Positions 9,101 through 17,194 of a DNA stretch of 64,000 nucleotides are shown one piece after another; position 1 is the stretch's first letter, and each line of letters begins with the position of its first letter. The translations under genes were made by a program, and so were the position numbers. Source of the stretch: Myxococcota bacterium (GTDB taxonomy: Bacteria > Myxococcota_A > Bradymonadia > UBA4248); contig JAZRVP010000002.1 of assembly GCA_045599245.1 (NCBI GenBank), positions 4,488-68,487 on the forward strand, written 5' to 3'. The notes below the pieces were generated by a model that saw nothing but the letters and a program-made list of their open reading frames with translations, had not been told where the DNA came from and ran no database searches.

Positions 9101-9656
9101 GTGTTTTGGTCCCGGCAGTGAAAAGCCTTGCCAGCTCAAGACTTGCGGCAACGGCACGTTTGAACCCGAACACGAACAGTGCGACAAATCAGCTCCGGAA
9201 ACGGACGAAAATAAACACGAAAACTGCTCGGATATCTGCCGATTTGTGGGCTGCGGCGACGGCATCCTGCAGCCTGGCGAGGATTGTGATGACGGCAACC
9301 AGTCAGATGATGATATGTGTACAAGAAAATGTACAATTCCTATCTGCGGTGACGGCATCGTTTCCCCATCCATTGGCGAGGTCTGTGATGACGGCATAAA
9401 CGACGGAAGCTATGGCGGATGCGGCCTCGGGTGTACATATCAGACGCCCAAATGCGGCGACGGCATCATCGATGGCACACACGGCGAAGAATGCGATGAC
9501 GGCGAAGAAAACAACGTCGGCGGTTACGGCAAATGCAAAAAAGACTGTAAACTCGACGAACACTGCGGCGACGGCATCCTTCAGGAAGCCTTTGAACAGT
9601 GCGACCCCGGTTTAACCGCCGATTGCACATCAGCCTGTGAACACAGAATCAATTAA
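6156..9656 (+). CDS. Cys-rich repeat (CGDG..E.CDDGN..DGDGCS..C type) surface lipoprotein with central fibro-slime/PA14-like domain
   Basis: Lipoprotein signal MKKYIFLCAVLSLGLVGC. About 25 repeats of CGDGxxxxxEECDDGNxxxGDGCSxxC (Myxococcus cysteine-rich repeat type). The central segment ~8110..8910 (...GYMFTSELKTYFKYNGNESLSFYGDDDVWIFINGKLAVDIGGCHG...) matches the PA14-like fibro-slime domain architecture. Alternate-frame ORFs inside it are artefacts of the repeats. Confidence 0.85.
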   Translation: MKKYIFLCAVLSLGLVGCGDDSNNTSDPVETSQCGNSKVENDEACDDGNTNADDGCSADCSQVEDGWTCPKEGGKCTKKDSEQDPPLDDDAKCGDGKVTGTEACDDSNTDDGDGCTADCSKIEDGWTCPKEGGKCAKSSQCGNKSIEGDEACDDGNTDDGDGCAADCSKIEDNYHCPTPGYPCIPNSCGDGITDTSAGEDCDAGDENIDYGDENACSESCHPAHYCGDGLLDQIDIDNGEECDAGSDTSTEYNGCTYDCMRNNYCGDGIIQSANEQCDDGNEDDGDGCSSSCKIEPNFTCITQDGKSVCKSLLCGNGKIDEDTAETCDDGNRNNGDGCSMICLVEHTFRCTTDENTGTSKCESTCGDGIVDKDTGEACDDGNTNDGDGCSSQCTLDPGYVCNGTHCFARACGDGIVAGQEECDDKNTDSGDGCSKFCKREENYHCDKAGELCQLDVCGDGLVTGDETCDEGHTDHPENKTDGCLNSKVQMGWKCDTAGTSCVSAVCGNGILEGAETCEIPDADPSGCCLGCVIQPFCKCDTDGKNCEKGSCGNGRLEAGEQCDDGNLTAGDGCDPVCRIESIFECTRDDVNGTAQCRPVCGDGVTLWDLGPDGKPFEECDDGNLINGDGCSSDCKIETGFSCTEFDTSTLPPTLNLPVTYRDFKGRGDRRSGAQTADAVNGYMGTNTYPADCKPTPLNGDGHPDFGVTSYGELQQGNVLNTLDKDGKPVRSDLRLRSAYYACKESFHDWYRDREGVNYPVKTHIPVNLVSGTKKYEFANSDFHPIKNDGFNRPGSPSPGNAVGYMFTSELKTYFKYNGNESLSFYGDDDVWIFINGKLAVDIGGCHGSLTGTLQLDDKRGIGTVHVNDLNGHDHPSNNVQLDMYPGGIYEMALFHAERCQGGSAFKFTIDNFVNTGSSTCQSNCGDGFVRGAEECDYVTNNLDNVEEQHANGCNHCKIAPWCGNGKIEAGEACDPGAEETDWCFGPGSEKPCQLKTCGNGTFEPEHEQCDKSAPETDENKHENCSDICRFVGCGDGILQPGEDCDDGNQSDDDMCTRKCTIPICGDGIVSPSIGEVCDDGINDGSYGGCGLGCTYQTPKCGDGIIDGTHGEECDDGEENNVGGYGKCKKDCKLDEHCGDGILQEAFEQCDPGLTADCTSACEHRIN

Positions 9657-9718
9657 CCATTCACGTTGCACAGCCCCGTTCCCTGAATGATTTAACCGGG
9701 GTGCTGAAATATTAAAAC

Positions 9719-9813
9719 GAGCCGTATTGCGCCAAAGGCGCGATAGGCGAGTCGCGACGTGCGGTTCGCACGTCGCAGGCATGGCGTATTGGCCAAAGGC
9801 CGATAGCCATGCC
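9719..9813. repeat. three adjacent GC-rich hairpins (family member R2)
   Basis: gccgtattgcgcc-aaa-ggcgcgataggcgag; gcgacgtgcg-gtt-cgcacgtcgc (perfect 10-bp stem); ggcatggcgtattggcc-aaa-ggccgatagccatgcc. Confidence 0.6.
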
Positions 9814-9979
9814 GCATATCAATTCACAATGCTCTGGCCCGCAGTCTTGTAATGACGCATCACTGCGGGCTTTTCTGCATCAAGTGCTTCAAATCACAAG
9901 CTCCAAATCTTGCCTTTTTTCGACAAACTCCTAAAACGCCTTCAGGTTTACTTCATCGTATTTTGTATCAGAAGGCGAA

Positions 9980-10642
9980 ATGATTTCACTCGAAACGGCA
10001 AAAAATCTTGAGAACAATGGCGATTTTATCGCGGCCCTCAAGCTCTATCACGAGATATATTCTCAGGATAATGCCTGTGAAGAAGCCGTTCTGGGCATTG
10101 CCCAGTGTGCCCTCTCGCTCGACAATCCCGAGTTTGCCTTCGAGTTTTTCGTCAAACTCCTCATTCTTAACCACTCGAATCCCTGGGGCTATATCGGTCG
10201 CGCAAATGTCTTCTTCCGATATAACCAGGTCGATCGAGCACTGACCGATCTCTCAAGAGCGATTAAACTCGACGATCCTGCGACAGAACTTCGCATCGAC
10301 TGTGCAGCTCTGCTCAACGATTACGGCTACTGCAGCATCGCCATTCAAGCTCTGGCTCCCATTCGTTCTGCCTGCCTTCATGACAGTGATTTTCAGTGCG
10401 AATGGTTATTTGCCCAGATCGCTGAAAATCACTACGACAATCCCGACATTCCCTGGATTGCATCACAGTTCAAAGCCCAAGTCACGGATGACCCCTTTTA
10501 TGCGCTCTGCCTCGCTGCGATGAATCAACACAACGGATGTCCAGATCAAGAATATGATGTCATAAATATCCTGACTCATGCCCCGGATCTTATCCCCCGT
10601 GCACAAATTCTCGGCTTCGATATTCCAGAATCTTTGCCGTGA
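9980..10642 (+). CDS. TPR-like repeat protein
   Basis: ATG at 9980 preceded by gaagg. The protein is helical-repeat-like (...ALKLYHEIYSQDNACEEAVLGIAQCALSLDNPEFAFEFFVKLL...) and has no signal peptide. Confidence 0.65.
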   Translation: MISLETAKNLENNGDFIAALKLYHEIYSQDNACEEAVLGIAQCALSLDNPEFAFEFFVKLLILNHSNPWGYIGRANVFFRYNQVDRALTDLSRAIKLDDPATELRIDCAALLNDYGYCSIAIQALAPIRSACLHDSDFQCEWLFAQIAENHYDNPDIPWIASQFKAQVTDDPFYALCLAAMNQHNGCPDQEYDVINILTHAPDLIPRAQILGFDIPESLP

Positions 10643-10680
10643 TAATATGGCGCGGCCTATTGCCTCCGGCAATACGCGCC
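10643..10680. terminator. palindromic hairpin exactly filling the gap between convergent genes (family member R3); putative bidirectional terminator
   Basis: tggcgcggcctattgcc-tcc-ggcaatacgcgcc, a near-perfect inverted repeat lying between the stop at 10640-10642 (+) and the stop at 10681-10683 (-). Confidence 0.5.
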
Positions 10681-12252
10681 TTATGCATTCCATGTTTCAA
10701 TCACACAATCGTGCAATTTTTTATCCTTGTCGTAATTAACGCCGCATAAAAAGACTTCGCCTTTGTAATCACCAAAGAGATTGACATATCGACGGGATTT
10801 TATCTGTGCAATGGCGCCTTCGGCGTTTTGGTCCCATTTGAGCTCGACGACGATGGCTGCACGGCCGGACTTGATGGGAATCATCACGATATCGGCAAAG
10901 CCGGCACCGGATGGAAGTTCGCGAACAAAAATATATTCTTTTCGTGCCGAGGCACAGGCATACATGACAACAAGTGCAAGGTCGTTTTCGCGGTTGTAGG
11001 TCAAAACCGAGGATATATCGTCATGAACTTTTTGAATTTCAGCTGCGACGGTCGCTGCATCGCGTGAACGAAGTGCATCCATGATGTGCTTAGAACGGGC
11101 ATAAGCCTGAACAAAACCTTCCATGCCGCAGTCTTCCAGGGCTACTTCATACTCCATTCGAATTTCTTCATTTGGAATAAAACATTCGCCTGACGTTTCA
11201 TCATATCCAAGATATCCCAGATGAATGAGAAGTGTTAATACATCGTTTTTACTATTCAAATCGGTCATTTTATTTTTAAAATGCAACGTTTTGACAGGAA
11301 CGCGATCGCCCGTCATCAGACGGGCAACATCGTCTTTCAATCCATCGAAATTCATCGTGATATGGTCTGATATCTGTTCATACGTCCCGGTTTTAGTCCA
11401 GTAACTCTTAAAACGGCCACGCATCATCGACTGATAAATCGAGTTTGGATTATAGATATGTTCAATATCACAGATGTGATAACCGTCGTACCATCTGCTG
11501 CATTCTTCAAATTCCAGGTTGTAGCGGGAGCAAAGCTCCTGAACTTCGTCTTTGGTAAAACCGACGTATTTGGATAAAACATCGGAATCGACCATAGTGA
11601 ATTCACGAAACATGTTCATGGACGATTCCGTGTTGTATTTGACGATCGGGAAAATACCAGTCACATAAGCGAGTGCAATGCAATCATTTAAAGCTCTGCT
11701 CTTAAAGAGCTGACGCAGAAAATCGACGTATGCTCTTTGAATTCGATCGGGGAACTGATGCCTGAAGATGCCGTCCCATTCGTCGATAATGATGACAAAC
11801 TGTTCGCCATATTGAGCATAAACATAACACAAAGCATCGGGGATCGATTGTGCATAGTCATCTGGAATTTCCCACTTGGCTTGCATTTCAAAAATAAGAC
11901 ATCGATTTGTTTTGGGTAAAAAATCCTCTGGTTTGCTGCAGTCCATAAACTGCTGTGCATCCCAATAAAGCACGTTGAATTTGTTCAATCCCTTTTCAAA
12001 ACTGGGGTGTTTTGCGATTTCGAATGGTTCAAAAAGTGAACGACTGTCGACGGTTTTGTCATAGTATGCCGCGATCATGTCAGCCGCTATCGACTTGCCA
12101 AAACGTCGAGCCCGGCTGACGCACACGAAGCGATCGACCGAAAAAAGCCACTGATTGAGGTGCGCAATCAATCCCGTTTTGTCGACATAAAAGTAAGAAT
12201 TATCGACAACTTGTTTAAATCTGTTCAATCCCGTGTTCAGAAACATTCCCAT
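10681..12252 (-). CDS. AAA-ATPase-like / PD-(D/E)XK nuclease family protein (DUF1703-type architecture)
   Basis: ORF 10681..12312; the likely start is MGMFLNTGLNRF at 12252. The N-terminal P-loop-like part is YVDKTGLI...VSRARRFGKS. The C-terminal region has a restriction-endonuclease-like fold (..IVVELKWDQNAEGAIAQIKSRRY..), typical of the AAA-ATPase_like + PDDEXK family common in Bacteroides-type genomes. Confidence 0.7.
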   Translation of the reverse strand: MGMFLNTGLNRFKQVVDNSYFYVDKTGLIAHLNQWLFSVDRFVCVSRARRFGKSIAADMIAAYYDKTVDSRSLFEPFEIAKHPSFEKGLNKFNVLYWDAQQFMDCSKPEDFLPKTNRCLIFEMQAKWEIPDDYAQSIPDALCYVYAQYGEQFVIIIDEWDGIFRHQFPDRIQRAYVDFLRQLFKSRALNDCIALAYVTGIFPIVKYNTESSMNMFREFTMVDSDVLSKYVGFTKDEVQELCSRYNLEFEECSRWYDGYHICDIEHIYNPNSIYQSMMRGRFKSYWTKTGTYEQISDHITMNFDGLKDDVARLMTGDRVPVKTLHFKNKMTDLNSKNDVLTLLIHLGYLGYDETSGECFIPNEEIRMEYEVALEDCGMEGFVQAYARSKHIMDALRSRDAATVAAEIQKVHDDISSVLTYNRENDLALVVMYACASARKEYIFVRELPSGAGFADIVMIPIKSGRAAIVVELKWDQNAEGAIAQIKSRRYVNLFGDYKGEVFLCGVNYDKDKKLHDCVIETWNA

Positions 12253-12584
12253 GATGCGCCTCCTCACCAAGCATGCGGCATAACATGCAATACAAACATT
12301 AAAATAACACACCCATGATGCTTTGGCGAGTGTACCTGTTGTTTTGAGATACGGCCCGTTTCAATTTTTCTCGTTCCACGCCGGACTTCATGTGGAATAC
12401 GCCTTACAAGGCGCTTCGCGCCTTAGTTTTATGCCCAAAGCTTTTTCAAAATATCGATTTTTTCGTCTTGACGGAATGAATTTTCTTTTTATGAAACAAT
12501 GTCTTTTATGCGATGTAGAAGACCGTGTTTTACTTTTTAATCAATATAACAGTCCCACTTTGTACACATCAATTATGAGTTGCC

Positions 12585-13037
12585 ATGAGTAAAGACTCCA
12601 CACCCAATAATGAAGAACTTCGGTCACTCAATGCCATTCTTCGAACCAAATCCCTGACATCTATGCTGCAGCCCGTTGTGCTGCCGCTCTTTTTCCTAGC
12701 GCTTATCGCGTTTATCGGAATCAATTTTTATACGAGCCACAAAACACTATTTGCCACACCGAAAAAAGACTCTGCCTTTGATATTGTCAAGCAGCTTCGC
12801 GATAATCATGAACTCGCTGTACTCGATGTCACTATCGAAAAGCTGGCCGTCTATTCCTCCGAGCATCAGAATAATTCATTCGACTTCTCAGCTTGGCTCA
12901 CAAATAAAAAGCAATTCTGCAGCTCAAGCCGAGTTCTAGTTGTTGAAAAATGCCATCCTTATAACTTATTCCGACGTATTGTTCGATATTATCAAATCCG
13001 ATTTTTTCAAACGCGTTCAAACAACGGGAGCGGGTAA
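12585..13037 (+). CDS. hypothetical small membrane protein (weak call)
   Basis: 150-aa ORF with one hydrophobic segment (VVLPLFFLALIAFIGINFY). It has no recognisable family, and its 3' end overlaps a HAD-like fragment on the other strand. Confidence 0.3.
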   Translation: MSKDSTPNNEELRSLNAILRTKSLTSMLQPVVLPLFFLALIAFIGINFYTSHKTLFATPKKDSAFDIVKQLRDNHELAVLDVTIEKLAVYSSEHQNNSFDFSAWLTNKKQFCSSSRVLVVEKCHPYNLFRRIVRYYQIRFFQTRSNNGSG

Positions 13038-13098
13038 CGGGGAGCAGGACTTCACCCATATCGAATATAATATTTTTAATATTTTGAGAAATATTCAT
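12898..13098 (-). pseudogene. possible remnant of a HAD-superfamily hydrolase (N-terminal fragment only)
   Basis: MNISQNIKNIIFDMGEVLLPVTRSRCLNAFEKIGFDN... carries a HAD motif-I-like IIFDMGEVLL, but the frame stops after ~66 aa. No remaining HAD body exists in any minus frame downstream. Confidence 0.3.
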
Positions 13099-13126
13099 TT
13101 TTAAGCCAGAGAAAGCCAAAAGAAAC

Positions 13127-13200
13127 CGGCCGGGTGTATCGGCAAAGCCGATAGCCCGGCCCAAGCGAGCCGTATTGCGCGTAGCGCGATAGGCGAGTTT
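13127..13200. repeat. two GC-rich hairpins between convergent genes (family member R4)
   Basis: gccgggtgtatcggc-aaa-gccgatagcccggc and gccgtattgcgc-gtag-cgcgataggcgag; the second is almost identical to the first hairpin of R2. Confidence 0.6.
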
Positions 13201-13208
13201 ACCAATGA

Positions 13209-14015
13209 TTACATATATTTTTTAATGAAGTCAGCCGTCAGTTCAAACACGGTATCGGCCTCGCAATCCTGGCCGAGTTCATGCCCGGATTTATGAAGTG
13301 TATATCGTTCGCAGAAGGGACTGCAGACCGAATCATAGAGCAGCTGTGAGGTTTTGTATGGCACGACCTGATCGAGTTCTGAATGAATAATACGAAGGGG
13401 AATTTCGACGTCCTCGAGGCGTTTTCGCATATCATGCGCATAATCATAGAGTTCGACAAAGGCTTTTGTCGGAAATGTTTGATAATTGTGATTATTTTTT
13501 CTGCATTCGGGATCGTTGAAACTGTCCTGCCCTTTCCATTTTTTGAAAAAGATGGAAAGAGGCTTTGCCATCCAGGCCAAAGAGTTGACAAAACCGAGAG
13601 CAGCGGCCCAGGTTACACAGCCGACGATTTTATTTTTAAGCGGGTGGTCCTTGGCACAGAGATCGAGTGCAACGACCCCGCCCATGGAAAGCCCAATCAC
13701 GATAATGCGTTCCGCGCGCTGCGAGAGTTTTTCAAGTGCCGCATAGGCATCGTCGTACCAGTCCTTATGCGTGACGCCGATGAGTGCATCCGGAGTGGCA
13801 TTGTGACCGCGAAGGACGGGCATTTCATATTCAACGCCAAGGTTTTCAAGCGTTGGAATGAGGCCACTCACGGCATCGAGAGCCGATGTAAAACCATGAA
13901 GAAGAAGGATGCCCAGTTTGCCGCCATCCACTGCCTTAAAAGTGCCTCTCGAAATATAATCCGGTGTTTCGTTCATTTTCTTTGTCCTACGAGCGGCTTG
14001 CAAGAAAAGCCTCAT
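13209..14015 (-). CDS. alpha/beta-hydrolase fold esterase/lipase
   Basis: GLSMGG nucleophile elbow, HGF oxyanion-region motif (LLLHGFTS), and C-terminal His region (HKSGHE). An alternative start MNETPDY lies at 13976. Confidence 0.8.
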   Translation of the reverse strand: MRLFLQAARRTKKMNETPDYISRGTFKAVDGGKLGILLLHGFTSALDAVSGLIPTLENLGVEYEMPVLRGHNATPDALIGVTHKDWYDDAYAALEKLSQRAERIIVIGLSMGGVVALDLCAKDHPLKNKIVGCVTWAAALGFVNSLAWMAKPLSIFFKKWKGQDSFNDPECRKNNHNYQTFPTKAFVELYDYAHDMRKRLEDVEIPLRIIHSELDQVVPYKTSQLLYDSVCSPFCERYTLHKSGHELGQDCEADTVFELTADFIKKYM

Positions 14016-14107
14016 GTGTATTAGTATAATGAGCTACTTAGGCTTTTGACAGCCCGTATTCCATGATACAGGTACACGCAAAGACTTCCAATAAGGAATC
14101 CGGACAA

Positions 14108-16336
14108 ATGGCAAAGAAGAAATCCACCGCGTCAGAAAATCAGACCGCAGCAAAGACCCCGGAAACAACGCAAACCACTGCATCATCCAGTGATACAACA
14201 ATACTCAAGCCAACCAATCCGGAAAATGCCGTTCCAGACGAAATCTTAACCTCAGAAGGCAGTGCCGCAGAAAGCAAATCAGCGAGTGAGGCCCTGAAGC
14301 CGACCAATCCGGAGAATCCAATTCCCGATGAGATCGTCAGTGCAGAGAGTGCCACGTTGGATCCTGCGTCAGAAACCATCATTCTCAGGCCCACCAATCC
14401 GGAAAATCCGATACCGGAAACCATTTCGTCAGAACCAGACCAGGTCAGAGGCGAGCTGTCAGATGTTTTGTATTCGGACGACGCATCCTTTCTTGAGCGG
14501 ATACGATCGGTCAGTCTCACGTCGTCAGAAGCGTTCCATGAAGCGCAGCATTTTTCGTCGCGATGTCTGGATGTATCCAAACATCTCAAGAGCGGCCATG
14601 CCGTCCTTGTGAGCAATCTGCTGACGATATTAAAACTGATGGACTGCTGGAATTCAGAAGCCGTGAACGGGCTGTTTATTTCTGATGAAAAGGCTCGTGA
14701 TGTTGCCGAAAAATACTGTCTGAACGGCTTAAAAAAATTACAGGCCAACCCGGCTGATTTTGTTTTGAGCCTTGAGGCGCACGCCAAATCGGGGAGGGTC
14801 ATCGACAAAGCATTTCTGGACAGCATCTGCAGCATTCTTCTCAATCTGATAACGCAAAAAGAAGGCACGATGGCAGACAACCAGATGGCCATGACGCATC
14901 TGTGCAGCCTACTCGATTCTCAAAAAGTCAGTCGTCTTCTCTACGACCCGAGTCCGGAAGCCAGAATTTCCGTCATTCGTTTTCTCGCCGGTCAGCCCAA
15001 TATAGACATCAACGACCTGTCCATTGCGCTGATACTCCTAAAAGATCGAAACGATGCCGTCAATCAGGCCTTATTGGGACTTTTTGAGCATATTCAGACC
15101 TGTCCGGACATGGTCATTCCGGCTCTCGTTAACATCATGCCGGCATCATCAAGCGGCTTCCGTCAGGACATCATCAACATCATCAAAGGATATGGCGATG
15201 AAGCGATAGACCCGATCATGAATGCCATCGAAAGTCTCCAGACTGACATCTATTCATCAGTCAAAGACATCATCGCGCAGTCACCACAGCGTTATACGGA
15301 TGTTCTTATCAAGGCACTTGTGAGCGTCCGGACGAAAGAGCATGTCAGAGAACGAGTCAGCGAGATACTTCGTTCGCATCGCGATCCAGCGCGCCGCCAG
15401 GAGATCGAGAGAATATTACATTCGGTGAGCGGGCGTCCGAGCGTTGTTCCGAAATGGGTTCCGCCTGAAACATCAGAACGTTTTCAAGCGAAAGCGACGC
15501 AGGACAATAGAATTTATGAGCGTCTGTTAACGGATGAAGAGATTGCGGAGTTTGCCGCAAAAGCCGATGAGGTTCTTCTGTCAAAACTGCTCATGGATGC
15601 CTCAGACACGGTCAGAATCAATGCACTCAATGTCATTCGTTATCGGAAAACAGCATCACAGGCTTTGACAGGAACCATACTGGTGTGGATGAAATCCTCA
15701 TCGCCGGAGCTTGCGGGATCAGCCCTTGACGCCTATCTTACGCTCGAACCCGATCTGGAAAAATCTACAGCGAATATTATTGAGTCGTTTGCACACTGTG
15801 AGTCTGACGAAGTCAAAAAAAACTTTTTCAATGTCATCTTGCGCCATCAGTCATCGATTGACGCGCTCATTCGAGCATTTTATCAATCACCGCAACGATG
15901 CGTCGGCTTCATCAAGAAGTTCCTTCGACTTGGCCCCAACAAGGAAACACTCAAGTCTATTCTTCACGGCCTTGATCGAACGCAGACGGTTGCCTGTATT
16001 GATGAAACCTTACAAAGTCTTCTGCAGATTGATTTTGAATTTGACAATCGTCAAATTCGCAAAGAGCTGATCGAGCATGCAAGTCATCCCGTGTCGTTCG
16101 GCCAGCATGGCTTTATGGTTCGTCTTTTCAGCCTGAAGCTATTGAGAAAATATATGCTGGAGGACAAAGAAAGAGATTCGGAATCTGTATCATTTCTTCA
16201 GGCATTTTATAAAGAAGCCAAGAATGCGGAGCTCAAACAGTTCACCAAAACGCTGCTCAAGGATCTTGGAGAAGAGATATTCGATTTCGATGATGAGGAG
16301 GATGATTTTGATGATTTAAGGGATGAAGAAGACTGA
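14108..16336 (+). CDS. HEAT/ARM-like helical repeat protein with N-terminal tandem LKPTNPENxIPDEI repeats and acidic C-terminus
   Basis: ORF from 14063. The preferred start is MAKKKS at 14108, with aagga 9 nt upstream. There are three ~31-aa tandem repeats at the N-terminus, a long alpha-helical repeat body, and a C-terminal DFDDEEDDFDDLRDEED tail. Confidence 0.7.
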   Translation: MAKKKSTASENQTAAKTPETTQTTASSSDTTILKPTNPENAVPDEILTSEGSAAESKSASEALKPTNPENPIPDEIVSAESATLDPASETIILRPTNPENPIPETISSEPDQVRGELSDVLYSDDASFLERIRSVSLTSSEAFHEAQHFSSRCLDVSKHLKSGHAVLVSNLLTILKLMDCWNSEAVNGLFISDEKARDVAEKYCLNGLKKLQANPADFVLSLEAHAKSGRVIDKAFLDSICSILLNLITQKEGTMADNQMAMTHLCSLLDSQKVSRLLYDPSPEARISVIRFLAGQPNIDINDLSIALILLKDRNDAVNQALLGLFEHIQTCPDMVIPALVNIMPASSSGFRQDIINIIKGYGDEAIDPIMNAIESLQTDIYSSVKDIIAQSPQRYTDVLIKALVSVRTKEHVRERVSEILRSHRDPARRQEIERILHSVSGRPSVVPKWVPPETSERFQAKATQDNRIYERLLTDEEIAEFAAKADEVLLSKLLMDASDTVRINALNVIRYRKTASQALTGTILVWMKSSSPELAGSALDAYLTLEPDLEKSTANIIESFAHCESDEVKKNFFNVILRHQSSIDALIRAFYQSPQRCVGFIKKFLRLGPNKETLKSILHGLDRTQTVACIDETLQSLLQIDFEFDNRQIRKELIEHASHPVSFGQHGFMVRLFSLKLLRKYMLEDKERDSESVSFLQAFYKEAKNAELKQFTKTLLKDLGEEIFDFDDEEDDFDDLRDEED

Positions 16337-16475
16337 TCCTTGCATTATCACTTATTGACAATGCGATCATCATTTCCTATAAAACTCAATTCCCTGCCCG
16401 ATAATATATAAAAAATCGCCAGGGAACAGTTCATCAGAAAACGAAACTGCGCATGGTCGCTAAAGGGGCGGAGTC

Positions 16476-16871
16476 ATGACCACGGAAGAATTAGTTGCAC
16501 TGGCCATTCAAATGCAGGAACGAGCGTATTGTCCCTATTCCCATTTTCCAGTGGGAGCAGCCCTGGAATGCTGTGATGGAGCGATATATACGGGATGCAA
16601 TATTGAGAATGCGTCCTATCCAGTCGGTTCATGTGCTGAACGAACGGCAGTGTCGAAAGCAGTCAGCGAAGGTCATCGTTCATTTAAGAGGATTGTGATT
16701 GCAGCAAAGACGGAGGATTATTGTGTTCCTTGCGGAATGTGCCGCCAGTTCATGCAGGAGTTTTCCCCGAACATGGAAATCATCTGCACCAACATCAAAG
16801 GAGAGCACAAGAGCTTCAAATTGAACGAAATGTTGCCATTCGGATTTGATGGAAGCTGTCTAAAAGCGTAG
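16476..16871 (+). CDS. cdd: cytidine deaminase
   Basis: Zinc-binding motifs CAERTAV and PCGMCRQ, at a typical 131-aa length. Confidence 0.9.
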   Translation: MTTEELVALAIQMQERAYCPYSHFPVGAALECCDGAIYTGCNIENASYPVGSCAERTAVSKAVSEGHRSFKRIVIAAKTEDYCVPCGMCRQFMQEFSPNMEIICTNIKGEHKSFKLNEMLPFGFDGSCLKA

Positions 16872-16897
16872 AGAAGTCCGGCATTCACATCATAAAA

Positions 16898-16951
16898 AGG
16901 CTCCGCTCATATCCTGCTGAAAGGCAGATGGTATGAGGGAGCCTTTTTTTT
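16898..16951 (+). terminator. Rho-independent terminator after cdd
   Basis: ggctccgctcat...atgagggagcc stem followed by T8. Confidence 0.7.
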
Positions 16952-17029
16952 CGTATATACTCCGAAACAGTTCGGTCAGAGCAGAGGCAGAACAAAAAAA
17001 AGCACATCAAGAAATGATGTGCTTTACAA

Positions 17030-17102
17030 CAGGGGTGGAAGGACTCGAACCCTCGGCCCACGGCTTTGGAGGCCGTTGCTCTACCAACTGAGCTACGCCC
17101 CT
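17030..17102 (-). tRNA. tRNA-Trp (anticodon CCA), no encoded CCA tail
   Basis: The minus-strand read AGGGGCG-UA-GCUC-AGUUGGUA-GAGC-A-ACGGC-CUCCAAA-GCCGU-GGGCC-GAGGG-UUCGAGU-CCUUC-CACCCCU-G gives a cloverleaf with U8, A14, G18G19, U33, A37 and a T-loop GTTCGAGTCC. It closely resembles canonical bacterial tRNA-Trp. There is one C6-A67 mismatch in the acceptor stem. Confidence 0.8.
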
Positions 17103-17194
17103 ATCGGACGAGAAAAGATGATGCCACAACTGAAGACTGAAAGCCAGCAAAAAAAGAAAAAAGTTCAGAATAAAGTTACAGCTCAGTCTGGGCT

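Noticed and set aside
12323-12592. 89-aa plus ORF upstream of 12585
   Set aside because: It lies in the promoter region of the divergent DUF1703 gene and has no SD or family resemblance.
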